Positions 1 to 14,515 of a stretch of 64,000 nt of DNA are shown in pieces. The stretch covers positions 59,336,001 through 59,400,000 of the forward strand of contig CM059432.1 in the NCBI GenBank assembly GCA_030390025.1, written 5' to 3'. Below the pieces are notes generated by a model. That model was not told where the DNA came from, did no database searches, and saw only the letters and a program-made list of their open reading frames with translations. This DNA comes from Squalus acanthias. Lineage: Eukaryota. How positions within the stretch are numbered: position 1 is the stretch's first letter; each line of letters opens with the position of its first letter. The position numbers were made by a program, and so were the translations under genes.

Positions 1-1289
1 GGCTAGCACCTGGGAAGGGTCTTGGAAAAGCAGCCACAATAAATTTCTAATTTGCTCCAAATTTGCAAAACACAAGAAATTCATTCTTTTCTTGTTACGC
101 AGCTTTGCCTGTTGCTACTTCCCTGTGATTTTGTTTCTGTTCATCTTGTGGTCTGAAAGCGGGGGCCAGTTTAAACCCTGGCAGGCTTATTTCTGATGGA
201 CCTCCAAGCCATCCAGCCTGACCGAGATCGCCACCAGGATTTATAGCAGCAGCTGTGGAAGTCGGGACAAGTGCTCACACTGAACTACTAAATCATGTCA
301 AGAACTACAGAACTACTCCCACAAAAACCTGGTCAACCAGAACGCGAATATTACTCACCAAACAAAGCTGATTAGCCTAGAATATGACATAACTTCGACA
401 TTTATATACATGGGCTATTGACATCCTGTCACAGTCCAATAATCAAAATTGACTCCTGTAATAGATAAAAGCTAGAAGCCTCATACAGCAGTGCCTAAAA
501 GAAGCAGTACATTAGCCTTCTTCATCCACATGGCAGTTACATCACTGGGGAATACCAATCACCAATAACTATGTGTGAGTCAACAATATCAATCTCTGTG
601 AAACATTACTGGAACCTCACTGTTAGAATTCCAAATTTGTAGCAGTTACTCAATTACTTTTTTTCAGTACAATTAGCTTATATTAAAATGTTCATTAAAA
701 ATAATCATGTATATTATTGGGGTGCCAAATTTGTGGAAAAGCATGTGGTGGATCTCATTTTTTTTTTTAATTTGTTTTCCAAGTATTCAATGCCATTACA
801 TAAATAATGCTACAATACTTCACAGCATTACAAAAACATTACCTCGCTGGGCATGAGATTAGAATGATGAAATGAAGGTGGCATCAATGGCAATCTCAGT
901 ATAAACATATCTGACTATCCGCTGACCAACTGCAACAGTGTGATTCTTGGGCTCAAATTCCACAATCCCACTGGGAAAGCTGCTATGCTTGTACGGAGAC
1001 GAGACTACAACTTTCTAGCACCAATTATTCCCCAATCTGCACTCTCTATGCACATGGCTCCCCACTAAAAGTGCAGGATTGCAGAATTAGCCCAGTCTTC
1101 TTTGAGTGTAGGGTGTTCATCTAATCGAGGATTTCACCCAAGAGATTATTTTTAAAGTGTATGTGAGGAGTGTAAAAGGGGGAATGGTAGTAATTTGCAT
1201 GGGAAGTACATGCACTGCCCCTTTAAATGTGACAGCAGCATAATGATTCCAAGTTTAACAAGAATCTCTGCATAAGCTCAATTATTTAA

Positions 1290-1710
1290 AGAATGATTCT
1301 CCCCCCGCTCCGGCTTCTCCCTTCTGCTTCTGCAGGGGTTGACTTTTGCCGGGACATGGTTCCGTGAGTGTTGGCCAGCTGATACCTCAACATGTGGCCA
1401 TTTTTCACAAGTCAGCCTCGGAAATGATTGTTGCCACATTACTTGACTGTGGGGGTATAATAGCCAGGCCAGTCCACAGTGTCCACATATGTGCACTTTT
1501 AAGCAGAGGTTACTGGCTAATGGTCAAGAGCAGAAAATCTAGCAAGCTTTTCTCCTTCCTAGCCCAGAGGTCAATTGTCAGACCCCCAACTATTACCCCA
1601 GCTGACAACAGCTAACTCAGCATAGACTGGAATTTAAATCTAGATCCTTACGGTCTGTATGCTTCTGTATCATGCCAGGTGGACCTTTTGCACACTAGGC
1701 CGCCAGCAGA
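1290..1710 (-). mobile_element. Old tRNA-derived SINE (AmnSINE2-like), degenerate
   Basis: The minus strand carries ...CAGTCTATGCTGAGTTAGCTG... and is colinear with a second copy at 24900-25290. Family name is from recall only. Confidence 0.5.
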
Positions 1711-1713
1711 CCT

Positions 1714-2063
1714 GGGGGGAAAAATTTGGTTGCTTTGCACCTCCCGTTAGAGCACTAAGAGGGCGCTAATGGGGCGCAAAGCAACTAGCGCCCGGGTGCG
1801 GCGATGTTTGCGCCGCTCGCGAAATTGACCATTTTGCGGCGGCGCTAAACACTACCGCCACGATTTCCTGTGCCCGCAGATCGGTGACGTCAGTCGAGCG
1901 TGCAATGCCCCGGATATTGAGTGGCGCCCCCTGCCTTTTCGCCTGCCACTAGCAACGACAGGTTGAGAGGACTGTTTTGCAGTCTGGAAAGGACTGGGGG
2001 AGCGCTATTTAAAGGTGACCGCTTCCTGCTTTTTTTGTCAGCGACATTTTTGCACCACGCATT

Positions 2064-2110
<47 letters not shown>

Positions 2111-2621
2111 TGTCTGACTTCTGGAGAGATTCAATGCTGTGTGAAGGAGTTTTGGGTACTGAGCAGCACTTTGCAGGTTCATTTTGATTTGACCTTCCTT
2201 GCATCGATTTAGAAGAGACTGTGGGAGCTGCACTCTGAGCTATTTCCTGCGCCTCTCCATTGTTCTTTCCAGCACATTTGATGTACAAGTCTCTCCAGGC
2301 CGAGATTCAAGGTTGCAATGAGCAGGGTGTGGATGGCGAGCAAGATCGACCCTCCCCTTTAAGAACTGGCCGGCGCCAGTGTGTCTGTGTTCCATTGCTG
2401 ACTGACATCACATGAGCTACGCCAGCGCTCTGAGGTAGCGCCTCGCTCCTCGGCGTTAGCACCTTAAGACAGGTGTGTAGCGCCTGATTTAGTGCTCCAA
2501 TCACCTCCAGGGGCGATAGAAGCGAAGTTTACAGTCGGAGGCGATAATTAGCGCCAGGCGCTAAACTTTGTGCCCGGCTGATAATTGCAGCCCAAACGGG
2601 GCAATACCACATTTCTCCCCC
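1714..2621. mobile_element. Non-autonomous PIF/Harbinger-type MITE with an internal (GA)n tract
   Basis: Termini GGGGGGAAAAAT / ATTTCTCCCCC. GC/CpG-rich subterminal repeats (GGGCGCAAAGCAACTAGCGCCCGGG) are shared with 13073-13617. Confidence 0.7.
2066..2108. repeat. (GA)n microsatellite
   Basis: Read directly from the sequence. Confidence 0.95.
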
Positions 2622-3319
2622 ATGGAGTGCGATAAATTAAAGAGCATTTTATGTCCCCTTGCAGTGTACAGACAGAGCAACTGTGTAGGATGTAACTGAC
2701 CAGCTTCCAGGGAGATATTGACAAATGCTTGATAAGAAAGACGCATCTGAGTCTATCGCCCAACAGCATTCAAGGTGCAAAAAACTGAATCGACTAAAAA
2801 CTTGTAAATCAACAAGAGTTTCACAACCAGGTGTTTTGTATAAGGCCAACAGCAAAAATGCATTGATGCTGTTGTGAATGCCACTTCTGCTGAGAGACAC
2901 ATCTGCTGCGAAGCCCACTGACAATTTTAATTTGAAGTAGCCGGTACCATTGTACCAATTTTGTGAATCAGCAATACCTCTAGCTCAAAAGAACACCTCT
3001 GCAAAGATGTCTAAATTGTAAAATATTGTATTCCACCTCCAGTAAGCAATTTTGTTATGCAAATAAGCTGCAATTAGCAAAAGCACCCATATTGATCATG
3101 CAAATGTGGAATCTTGTTGAAGAACATTTGGGAGACATTTTGTAGGAGTGGAGGGTAACCCGGCACATAGTTCATCCTTCAGAGACCACTTCCATTGATT
3201 GCCAGTTTGTTTGAAGTCAACGGAAATGAAAAGGGGGAGGTTTGTATAATGGCCGACTGATCTATTTTATACCTGAGTGGTAAGTTAAAAATCTACTCCT
3301 ATGTGGGGGGAGAATAAGA

Positions 3320-3610
3320 AAGACAGACTTATCAAGTCTCAGAAACATCCAAAGTATTTCACATAAACTCCATTATTTTAAAGTGTAGTGACTGTTGTTA
3401 TATAGGAAAATTTGACAGCCATTTTGCATACAGCAAAATCTCACAAGCAGCAATGAGATGAATGATCTATGCAGTTTTTTGTTGCGATCATTAATGATGG
3501 AATGTTGGCCAGTACACCAGAGAACTCCGTTCTTCAAACAGTGCCTTGCAATCTTTTGCATCCATCTGACCTGAAGGCATAACCCCGGCTAACATCTCAT
3601 CAACAGTGCA
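3320..3610 (-). mobile_element. Degenerate DeuSINE copy
   Basis: Colinear but diverged match to 32046-32507 (CAGCCATTTTGCATACAGCAAAATCTCACAAGCAGCAATG). Confidence 0.65.
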
Positions 3611-6269
3611 TTGTTTACACAAGGGATAATTGGAATCATAACATGAAATGTGGCACAAATATAATTGTGCAACAATGCAAAATTAATGGAGTGTTGACAT
3701 GTGTTCGGCCACACATAATGTCAGATCTTCTATGGGTTATTGTTGCCTGTAGACCTCAAAACCTGTCAGTGCTGCTCATAGTATTGACTAAGTGATTGCC
3801 ATAGCCAGAGTATAGACTGCCACTGCTGGCTAAGTGACCATTTAACCATGTCTTCTATAATATCTCCTAGCTAGTGTGGATGGCTGTTGGATTTGGTCAC
3901 TAGCATATTTGTGTTTCTCTAATAATCTTTTCAAAGCTACAAACCAAAATACTGAAATAAACACAATTATTTTTCCAATGTTTCTCCCTGATTCTCCTAA
4001 AGGTACATTTGTTGTGGTCAAACATCCGCTCAACACTCGTTGTCTAGGATCAAACATGAAGAACTGTCACGGCAAGGTACTAGAGGAACCATATCCCAGA
4101 AAATGTCAGTGCCCAAAGAGGTGGGAACTGAAGAAATTGTACTGAAGTCCCCCCATCCCAACTCTCATCCTTCCAAGTTCTGTGATTATGGTGCAGTTCC
4201 AGGCTAAGACAGGTCAAGGGTAAATTAAGTAGAAACCATTTAACTTTTCATCTCTTTTCCTTAGGCCCAAGTGGTGACTGCACCATTAGATACATTTCAC
4301 AAGCTGTTATTTATCAACTAACTACTCATTCTTCAAGGCTCGTCTTAGACAATTAACAATCAACCCTTTGCAAATCAAAGCATTAGAAATATTGCATTTA
4401 TTATATGCTCTAAATATTTACAATCTAGGCCATTGAAAAGGTTTATTTTCATAGCATCCTTACTGTAAGGTGTTGGACCCATTTGAAATGGATACTATAA
4501 TAGGAGTTTGAATTCAGATCGGATATCAGTTTCTCTCTAATAAGTACACTGTGTTCATGGTCACTTAAATAAATAAAGCAGCAAATAACTACTCTCAGTA
4601 TATGGAAAACATTCAGTATGGATACTATAGTAGATTAAGAGCTAAATATCAATTAGTTCCAGGAAGTAGATACTGAAGAGTATTTATTGTATTAAAAATT
4701 TATCACATTCGCCTCGAGTTTCCCTTTAACTTTAAGCAAGGCTGAAATCATTCCCAATCTCTGCCTATTGCAGCAGCTATCTCTTCTCGTAACCTCCCAT
4801 AGTGCTGAGTTCTCTGGTACTACTGCTGTTAATGGCAGTGATGTCCATGGTATTCCACAGGCTTGATCCAGTGCTGCCTTACTTCGATGCTATTACTTTG
4901 TTATCACCAGCAAATCACAGCTAACTCAGTACAGTCTGTGCCTCAGCACCCTCATTACCAATGGTTTTAGAAAACCCTCTGACTTGTCAGTTCATAAAAT
5001 AAATAAAAGACAGCATTCACTACATGGAATGAATGGTGCTAAGGAATTGGCAATTTGACAGCTCCAGTTATCTCTGGCAACAGAGAAGTGTTCTACATTT
5101 CATTTTTAACCATTTTATTCCCTACAATACAAGTAGCTTCTATTTTATATGTTTACATATGCAATGGTACTTGTATCAACCTGAAAAACATCAACTAAAA
5201 GACCAACTACACGAGGAAAATGTGTTTAAAAAGTCCCGATTTAACAAAAATTAAAAGGTACTAGATTTCTGAAATAATGAGAGCACTCAGTTTTGGTGCA
5301 CATCTTTCTGAAAATGAGACTGGCTCCCTAATGTACTGGTTTCTTGGTCATTGAAACCTCATATTTAGCTTCATCTGTGGCATTAGCTTCATAAACATCA
5401 TTTATATACACACCAAATCTAAATTGGCTGATTTTAGCAACAGCACAACCTTTTTGTTTTATAAAGATGAAAACCACACACTGTTCCCTGGCTGCATCTA
5501 TTGCAACGGTGCCACTGACTTTGTTCAATTCCTGAATAAATTGCTAACATCAGTCATAGTTTGTCACTAATCTGATACAAATGTCACTAACCCAGAAACC
5601 ACTCCAATAAGAAAAGCAAAGTGCTATTAATCAAACCAAACTTTGAGCCACTACCTGAATATTGTAACAACAGGGAAAGCACAACTACAAAATCCTAAAG
5701 TGTAATTATTTAATAGATGATGATAAATAATCCTCCATGCAGGTATAGTGATGAATCAAGTGAGTCTACACAAAAGGACCACAAAGCTGTATGCCAAACT
5801 ACATTAGGTAAGCATATCAGACTTGACACAAATAACTGTTATCTGCAGAGAGTTAGGTGGAACTATTTTAAATGTTTTAAAATTTGGAATACATTAGTCT
5901 TAGAATCATTGCAGGGTATTTAATTATTAATGGTGCATTCATGGCAATTTATTTATTGATTTTTAAGTTTGATGCCACTTTATCTTCTGTGATTTAAAAA
6001 GGGCTATTAGTGATAGGGAGTGGAATGGAACACTTTCCATTTCATGCACTCCCAGGTCAGATACAAGAACATAAGAATTTTTAGAAACAAGAAAAAACCA
6101 CTAGGGCCAAAGAAGTCCATCTTTTCTCACAGATCTAGGCCACCAACTCACCTTCTCACTATACCCCTGCTTTAATTAATATCACTCTGCCTTTCTTGTT
6201 GAAAGGCTGCTGCATAAGTGACATTCATGCCAGATCAACAACAAAATCTGATTGATGTTGGCAAACTGC

Positions 6270-6880
6270 TACAGACCATAATAAGGGATGATGCTAGTGA
6301 GCATTTTAAAAAGGTATGGGATTATTGGAGATAGTCAACATGGATTTGCAAAAAGCAGGTCTCCCTTTAAGAAATTGCTGTGTATAGGAATAAAGTGAAT
6401 ATGATATCTTGTACTTCTAAAAAAAATTGATAAAGTACCACAGTTGCAAAGGTTAAGGCCCATGATGTTAAAGGTAAAGTGATGGCTGGCTGTAGGAGAG
6501 AAAGCAATGAATCAGAGTTTTGCAGATTGGCGAGATGAAGCTAGTGAGTGCCCAAGTGATCCGAGTTGGGACCTCTCCTGTTCTCCATAAACAAATGATT
6601 TGGACATTGGCATGGAAGGAATAATATCTAAATTTTCCACAGTTACCAAATTAAGGGACAGGCCAAAGAAAGAATGCAGGAAACTTCAGGTGGATGTAGA
6701 CAGGTTAGAGGATTGGGAAGATATGTGGAAAAAGCAATTCAATGAAGAAAAATGTGAAGTGATACATTATGAAAAAGAGAGAACGGCAATAACCACAAAT
6801 GGTGAAATTGTCAATTGATTTAAGAGAGAGATCTGGGAGCGCAGATATTTATATTTAAAAGCAGGATGAACAGGTTAAAA
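6270..6880 (+). mobile_element. Old CR1 LINE RT fragment
   Basis: ORF 6600-6818 (LQVDVDRLEDW...QFNEEKCEVIH) matches the RT segment of the younger CR1 copies in this window. Confidence 0.75.
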
Positions 6881-7084
6881 AAGTCAACTATGCCCCAACT
6901 TTCGAAGAGCTCCCCCTCGTGTAACACCGTGACATATTTCTACTTCCCACAGTGAGAATGCCTATTTTCAGTAATATCAAATTTGGGTCATTTTGTGCAG
7001 AAGCCCCATGCCCACTAGAACGAGATTAAAACTGTGCACTCTCATTTCACACAGATCCTTTACAGCCAGCAGAGAGAAGGAGAT

Positions 7085-7180
7085 ATAAACAGAAAATGCT
7101 GGGAACACCCAGCAGGTCAGGCAGCATCTGTGGAGAGAGAAACAAAGTTAACATTTCAGGTCGATGACCTTTCATCAGAT
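7085..7180 (-). mobile_element. Penelope family B 3' fragment with a hammerhead motif
   Basis: The minus strand reads CTGATGA-AAGGTCATCGACCT-GAAATGTTAAC followed by the same 3' sequence as 55273-55400. Confidence 0.75.
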
Positions 7181-7261
7181 ACTTTCCTCATATCTTCCCA
7201 ATCCTCAGAAATTAACAGCCAGTATATCTACCCCACTACACTACCTAGTCCCTGTGATCTT

Positions 7262-8017
7262 GAGGCAGAAATTACGATCCCTACGGGTGTGTACGCGCTG
7301 TGTACCCACCCGTAGGGACATCGGAAATGCCGGTTTCAGGCATGCACTGCACATGCGCTGGAAACCGGCATTTCCAATCTGTCAAGAAAGCTCTTGACAG
7401 ATCCTCCGCCTGCCCGGGAGAAGGGCCTCTGCGGGTGGAGAGTTCCATTTTTTGGAGACCCTCCGTCCGCAGAAAACACTTACAATTCTTGCACCTGGTA
7501 AAAGCAGGCGTAAGGCCTGCTTTTACCAGGATAAGAGTTGAAAAATTTTTTTTAAAAAATTTCCACTGATTTATCATTTAAAAATACTTTAAAGAAAGTT
7601 AAGTTTATTTTTAGCCCCATTAAAAACTTTAATTAATTTTTTCAACAAAAAAAAAAATTTTTGTTTAAAATACTTAATTTATTGTAATTTAAAGTCATTT
7701 TAAAAATGTGTTCTTTTAAAATTTATTTAAAGTTTTACTATGTTTTGGGGGTGATTTCTATTCATATATTTGACAGGTCTTCCTGTCAAATTATGAAGGG
7801 AGATTCCCTTCTCTGATTGGCTCCCCATGGCCCACGTGATCCCAGGGACGCTGTGAACCGCCTGCGCCCCTGGGATACGTGGGCCCTGCCCACCAGCAGT
7901 TTGGAGAGGCCCAGCAACGAAACTCTGCGCCTCCCGGGAGCCCTCTGGTCCAGGCGCAGATTTTTCCAGATCACAGCCCTCCGCCTGCGGGAAGCCTGCC
8001 AACGGAATTTCTGGGCC
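7262..8017 (+). mobile_element. Harbinger-type MITE related to the 17202 and 29148 copies
   Basis: Imperfect TIR GAGGCAGAAATT / AATTTCTGGGCC. AT-rich core and shared blocks (CATGCACTGCACATGCGCTG, CACGTGATCCCA). Confidence 0.7.
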
Positions 8018-9056
8018 ATTAAACTTAAGACACTGACTTGTGATATTCATCACTTATTTCCTCACTGGATATTACCAGTTTTCAGATTCATAACAAAGCA
8101 TTTTAAGGATGTTTGCCATTTCACAGTTTCTCTTCAGTTTTTACCAGTGGTTACTAAGCTGCTCAGTTTCTATGTATTAGTCATCAGTGACCTTGATACT
8201 GAAAAGTCTCTTTGTCAAAATGGCATCATATTAATAATAAATCTTTTACTATGAATCATTTATGGCAACTGTGCAACAGAAATGCCATATTTCATCACTA
8301 ATGTTTTTCTGACTGGACCTCTCTAAGCACAGAGGCAATTGCTTAAACTGTTCAGTGAAAGAATACCAAGGAAGAAAATCACAAGAATACTAAAATATGC
8401 TGTAATTTAGTTAAAGTAAACTCTCTGAAAATGTAGGTAGCTTAACTTCTGACAATCACTTAATTACTTTGTAGCGTCAGCAGCAAAATAGAAATAAAAA
8501 TAGAAAAAATACCTAACTGATTTAACATCCCTATCGGCACTACCTTTCTACTACACTGTAACAAAAGGATAGAAGTGTGCACCACTCCACCTAGAGCATG
8601 GCAAACAATTTCAACTCCCTTTTCCAATTTTCTTTCTTTTATGAAACTCCAGTAGACAACTTTGTTGACCCACTGAAAGCCCTGCCATTTATCTCTTTCA
8701 CACACTGACTCCGGCATTATTATGGCAGACCACATGATATATGCAACAGAAAGAAAAATTGCTTCTTTATTTCATGATTTTAAAATAGATAGGGTCAAAA
8801 TGTTGGCTGGCCTTCTTCAGCGAAGCTGCTTGCATATTGCTGGTGGTTTTCATTTGGATTCCAGGAGCCAAATCATGGACACTACTGGGCTCTCAAAAAT
8901 CTAAATTAAAACAATATGAAAGCACCTTCAGTTGCAAAATCAATCATGCAGGAAAACAGACAGCCGGTACAAGATTCCCTTTCATTGGTGGTGAACCAGG
9001 TTCAAAGGTGCAAATGCAAAGAGCTTCAGAAACAAAGAAGCATCTTATTAGATGCA

Positions 9057-9283
9057 AAAGCAAAATACTGCGGATGCTGGAAATCTTTAATAAAACCAGA
9101 AAATACTGGAAATAATCAGCAGGTCAGGAAGCATCTGTGAAGAGAGAAACAGAGTTAACGTTTCAGGTCGATGACCTGAGTGTTCTGACGAAAGGTCATC
9201 GACCTGAAACGTTAACTCTGTTTCTCTCTTCGCAGAAGCTGCCTGACCTGCTGAGTATTTCCAGCATTTTATGGTTTTATTTC
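9057..9283. mobile_element. Short palindromic Penelope family B insertion (inverted pLTR ends plus tail)
   Basis: About 95-bp inverted arms meeting near 9180, an extra unpaired tail at the left end, and a flanking duplication CTTATTAGATGCA / CTTACTAGATGCA. Confidence 0.8.
9182..9216 (+). ncRNA. Minimal hammerhead ribozyme motif (Penelope family B)
   Basis: GTT-CTGACGA-A-AGGTC/ATC/GACCT-GAA-ACGT-T-AAC: catalytic core, stem II, palindromic stem III and a short stem I. Confidence 0.7.
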
Positions 9284-9740
9284 TTACTAGATGCAGATAG
9301 CTTTGTGTTCTATGATTGCTAAGCTATTAGAAACCCTATTAGAAAGGGTGATTTAGGATTGGAGTCATTGTCACAGGGTAATACACTGTTGTTGTTTTAA
9401 TGGCAAATTCAAATCAAGGTTGATCATCCGCTACAGTTGTGCTTCTGGTCACCTTGCTGCTAATATATGTTAGAGCCAATAAAGAGTCTGTTTCAAGATT
9501 GTGCAAAGAAAACTGTAAGAATCGGTTTCTTAAAAAAGGTTATTGTGGGCTGATTCCAGTTCTATTGTAAAAGTATTATGCTGTTTAATATTCGGCTATA
9601 TCTTTGATGTATTTTATTGGTAATGACATTCATTCAGAATTTTACCGAGCACAAAGTGGTCTACTAGTTACATTTGTACCTTCTGAAGTGACAGGGCATC
9701 CCATGTATTCTCCTGTAAGTGATTTGCAGCCAATTGTTAG

Positions 9741-11575
9741 GGGGCAATTTTAACCTAAACCGCCTGGCGAGAGACTGATGGTATGGGCTTGGCTGTCCAT
9801 TTTACAGCCCGCCCGATGTTACTTTCTATGGAAATGGGCATCCTGACCATGTTCGCAGCGTAATTTCCGGCGGGCCGCCCGAGGTCGATTTAAAGTGGGA
9901 ATACATCTCTTAAAGCAAGGTTGCATGCCCTAATGCCTGATTTCTTAGCAACACTATGGACACAATTCCATGGGCAGTAATGAGTCACACGGCTGCCCCT
10001 AGATTTTTTGACGCCTCACTGGAGGTCCTGGTGGAGGTGGTCAGGGAAGTACTGTTTTCCAGCACCCACAGGAACATCACCAGGGCGACTATCCAACAGG
10101 CCTGGACAGAGGTGGCTGACAGTCTGCATTCAGTGTAGGAAGATGTTCGATGATCTCATAAGAACAGCAGGAGTGAGTACAGCATTTCACCTCTTCATCA
10201 ATCTTAACAGCCCTTCATTTACCTCAATAAATATTCAGCAAGCTTCACAACTTCTAGCTGCATTCTCAAGACTGTCACCTGCTAAGGTACAACCTCTCAG
10301 TGCCATCCTAACTCTTGCCCTCTTTCCTTTAGGTCCTTTTCAGCAGCAAGAGTTTTCTGAAGACGACGCCTTGGAAGAGGATAATCCTTGGGGATGCACC
10401 GTCATGCGCTCTATCCCTCCCAAGCACCAGCATAGACACCAGCACTCTACATGCATTAGAAAAAGAGCTAGAGGGGTCTGCAGTCTGCACGTGGTGAAAC
10501 ACCCAGCCCGAGTGAGCAGCAGTAGATAGTGGTGGCAGGAACAGTCCAGGAGACAGCTTGCTGGAGGGAGAGGTCCTCTCCCAGCTCTGCTGAGCAAGAC
10601 AGCAATGAGGACTTCAGGGACCCAGCCATGAAAAGAAAACTGCTTTCCTCTCACAAGCAGCTTTACCTGGTATTGGAAGGCCAGCCAAGGAGTTTCAGCA
10701 CTATGGCTGACAGTATGTAGGAGTCCACTTACAGCCGGTGTCGTGTCACCTTACATGGCATCAACACTTTGCAGGCTACTCTGAACAGCGTGGCCACCTC
10801 TGGGATGCTGCAGCCGTGCCCTCACAAAAGCAGCTGCTGTCACCAGCTTTTGCAGCTTTAGTGGAAGCTCAAATGGCTGCAATGGGGGCTCTAGCTATTA
10901 GAGTTAAGGATGAAACAGGGACTTTGTTTAAGTTTTCAGAGCAGGTCATCAGAATTGCTGTGCAATTACCTCACCCTCGTACTTCTTCCTGGAAAGCGTT
11001 GAGGTGGCCTCCTTCTTACACCACTTCCTCGCCTTCACCCTGACCCTCCTCATCTGATGAGGACTGATGCTAATGTGCCACCTCCAAATGCAGGCCTCTC
11101 TGGATGATGCGGTTGCGCAGTTTGCAGTACAGCATTACAATGTGGGGGACTCTTTATGAGGCATATTATAGGGAGCTCCCAGACCTGTCGAGGCACCTGA
11201 ACCTCTGCTTCAACTTATTGTGCTCTCAATAATCATTCTGGTGGACCCGAGACATTGATTACACCTATATTGCTCGGGCATGGTGGGGCTGCAGAGCAGT
11301 GTCATGAGTCATGTATCACTGGGATATATCTTGTCCCCCCAGCAGCCATCCTGTCATGTTGGTGGAAGGGTTGCATCGTACCACCCCGATTTGTATTTAT
11401 TTATCCCGATTTGTATTTATTTATATGAGGCCCCGCTCTTGCCTCTGGCAGATCCGTCGGCCAACTAAAAAAATGATGCAGTTAAAATGGCAATGGGAAC
11501 AGAGCAGGAACCTGTTTTAACCGCCTGCCTGCCCTGTTTCTGCTCCCACCAGGTGAGCAGGGTTAAAATTGCCGC
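9741..11575 (+). mobile_element. PIF/Harbinger element remnant with a decayed Myb/SANT-like gene
   Basis: 15-bp TIR GGGGCAATTTTAACC / GGTTAAAATTGCCGC. Translation APRFFDASLEVLVEVVREVLF...AWTEVA...QCRKMFDDL is followed by a GTGAGT donor near 10172. Confidence 0.8.
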
Positions 11576-11982
11576 TATGGATTCTGCTGCTTTCATCATT
11601 ATATGACCACTATAGCCTGAACCAGAAAACAGTGGAAATATACGTGAAACATTCGCTACAAAAACAAACCAACTTGACATTTCCCTGTATAGTTACAAAT
11701 AATAAATGAATGCTCTTATAAAGTCAGTATAATTCATGAAATCACTTTTTCATTCAATAAAAATAGTTATTTTTTTTAAATCAAAAAGGGTAGCTTCTGC
11801 CGCCATTATTTGGGTTTTAAGGACCTTTTTCAACTGCTGGGCAAGATCTACCGAAACATTGGAAATATCAAGAGACCTGCGAAAGGCTATTATTTGCATC
11901 CGCGGTGCATAACCAATGAGGTTCCCACTCAAAAATAACAGGGGGGAGATTACAGAGCTGTAGTCTTAACAGAAATATGCTT

Positions 11983-14190
11983 GAACATAAGAACATAAGA
12001 AATAGGAGCTGGAGTAGGCAATTTGGCCCTTCGAGCCTGCTCCGCCATTCAATAAGATCATGGCTGATCTTCTACCTCAACTCCAACTACCCACACTATC
12101 CCCATATCCCTTCATTCCCAAAAATTTATCGACCTGTCTTGAATATACTCAACGACTGAGCATCCACAGCTCTCTGGGGTAGAGAATTCCAAAGATTCAC
12201 AACACTTTGAGTGAAGAAATTTCTCCTCATCTCAGTCCCTTTATTCTGTGACTGTGACCCCGTGTTCTAGATTCCCCAGCCAGAGGAAACATTTTCCCAG
12301 CATTAACCCTGTCAAGCCCCTTAAGAATTTTATATGTTTCAATTAGATCACCTCTTATTCTTCTAAACTCTAGGGAATATAGGCCTAGTCTACTCAATCT
12401 CTCTGCATAGGGCAATCCTGTCATCCCAGGAACCAGTCTAGTGAACCTTCATTGCACTCCCTCTAAAGGCAAGTATGTCTTTCCTTAGGTAAGGTGACCA
12501 GAACTGTACACAGCACTCCAGGTGTGACCTCACCCATGCCCTGTGTAATTGTAGTAAGACTTCTTTACTCTTATACTCTAATCCCTTTGTAACAAAAGCT
12601 AGCAAACCATTTGCTTTCTTAATTGCTTGCATGTTAACTTTCTGTGATTCATGTACAAGGACCCTCTGAATGCAAACATTTCCCAATCTCTCACCATTCA
12701 AAAAATATTCTGCTTTTTAGATTTTCCTACCAAAGTGGATAACTTCACACTTCCCCACTTTGTATTCCATTTGTCATGCCCTTGCCCACTCAGTCAACCG
12801 GTCTATATCTCTCTGCAGCCTCTTTGCGTCCTCCTCACAGCTTACTTTCCCACCCAACTTTGTATCATCAGTAAACTTGGATACGTTACACTCAATCCCT
12901 TCAGCTTAGTCATTAATATAGATTGTAAATTGCAGAGGCCCAAGCACTGATCCTTTCGGTACCCCGCTTGTTACAGCCTGCCAAGCCAAAAAAGTCCCAT
13001 TTATCTCTACTCTCTGTTTTCTGTCCATTAACCAATCCTCAATCCATGCTAATATATTACCCCCAATCCCATGGGAGAAAAATTCCGTTGCTTTCCGCCT
13101 CCCGTTGGGCGCAAAGCAACTAGCGCCCGGGCGCATTGCTGCCAACGCCTCCCGCGAAATTCAGCGGGAGGTTAGCGGCAGCGGTAACCGTTAACGACCC
13201 ACAGCGCTGCGCTGTCGGCGATGACGTCATCGTCATGCGCAGCGCAGCGCCCCGGCCGCGATCTTCGGTAGCGCCCCCTGACTTACCACCGGGGGGCCTA
13301 CCTGCGGCTAGGGCGGCGCTATTTAAAGGCAAGGTGCCGGGCAGCCATTTTTGTTGCTTGCCGCCTGACTGCACCTGCCTCCGCTGCCGTCCCCGGCCTC
13401 CTGACCCACCCCCCCGCGGAGTGCCAGCTGCGCTCCATGAGCTGGGCCCCGGGTCACACTGCGCAAGGCCCCTCCCCTTTAAGAAGGGGAGGAAGGCCTG
13501 CAATACCGCGGCTCATAGCGCCGAGATATTCCCTCGCAGCGCCCCAAGAGGGAGGCTAAAAGTAGCGCCCCGGCGAAGATAGTGCCCCAAAGGGGGCGCG
13601 ACTCAATTTATCCCCCCCATGAGTCCTAATTTTGTGTAATAACCTCTTGTGTGGCACCTTATCAAATGCCTTCTGAAAATCCAAATACACTACATCCACT
13701 GGTTCCCCCTTATCCATCCTACTAGTTACATCTTCAAAGAAACTCTAACAGATATATCAAACATGATTTCCCTTTCATAAAACCATGTTGACTCTGCCTA
13801 ATCATATTATGATTTTCTAAGTATCCTGTTACTATGTCCCGAATAATAGATTCTAGCATTTTGCCTAATACTGATATCAGGCTAACTGGCCTATAGTTTC
13901 ACATTTTTTCTCTTCCTACTTTCTTAAATAGCGGGGTTATGTTCACTACCTTCCAATCCTTGGGGACTGTTCTAGCATATAAGGAATTCTGCAGGATTAA
14001 TACCAGTGCATCCACTATCTCTGCAGATACCTCTTTTAAAACCCTTGGATGCAGGTCGTCAGGTGCAGGGGGATTTGTCACCACTTATTCCCATTAATTT
14101 CTCCAGTACTATGTCTTTACTTATACTGATTTCTTTAAGTTCCTCATTCTCTCTAGACCCTTGGTTCCCCATTATTTCTGGAATGTTTTT
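11983..14190 (-). mobile_element. 5'-truncated CR1 (HER1-like) LINE, decayed and split by a MITE
   Basis: Tail GAACATAAGAACATAAG at the left end. RT motifs GVPKGSVLGPLQFTIYIND and HLECCVQFWSPYLRKD occur in broken frames. Confidence 0.92.
13073..13617. mobile_element. Harbinger-type MITE inserted in CR1
   Basis: TIR GGGAGAAAAATT / AATTTATCCCCC and a 3-bp duplication (CAT). Removing the insert restores the CR1 sequence CCCCAATCCCATGAG. Confidence 0.85.
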
Positions 14191-14515
14191 TGAGTCACAT
14201 CATTTTCAGTAGGAACTGGGTGGAATTGCGAGCCATCTAATTTCCCAGTTCCAGCTAACCAAATTCCAACAGTGGTAATGATCCAATCAGAAAATCCCCA
14301 TTACTGTGTTCATTGCATGATCAATTTAGCTGTTTCATAGTCTTCTACTGTCATTTAATCTATGCTGAGCATGGAAATTAAGCACAATAATTTCTCAAGG
14401 TCAACAGACACAAGTATAACCCCAAGCATTATTCTTTTCGATTTGACATAATTAGTTAATAAAATAATTATACGCCCAAGTCACTGAAAACAGCCAGTTT
14501 TTTAAAAATGTGGTA

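Noticed and set aside
13120..13582. GC-rich overlapping ORFs or CpG island
   Set aside because: Entirely inside a TIR- and TSD-bounded MITE.
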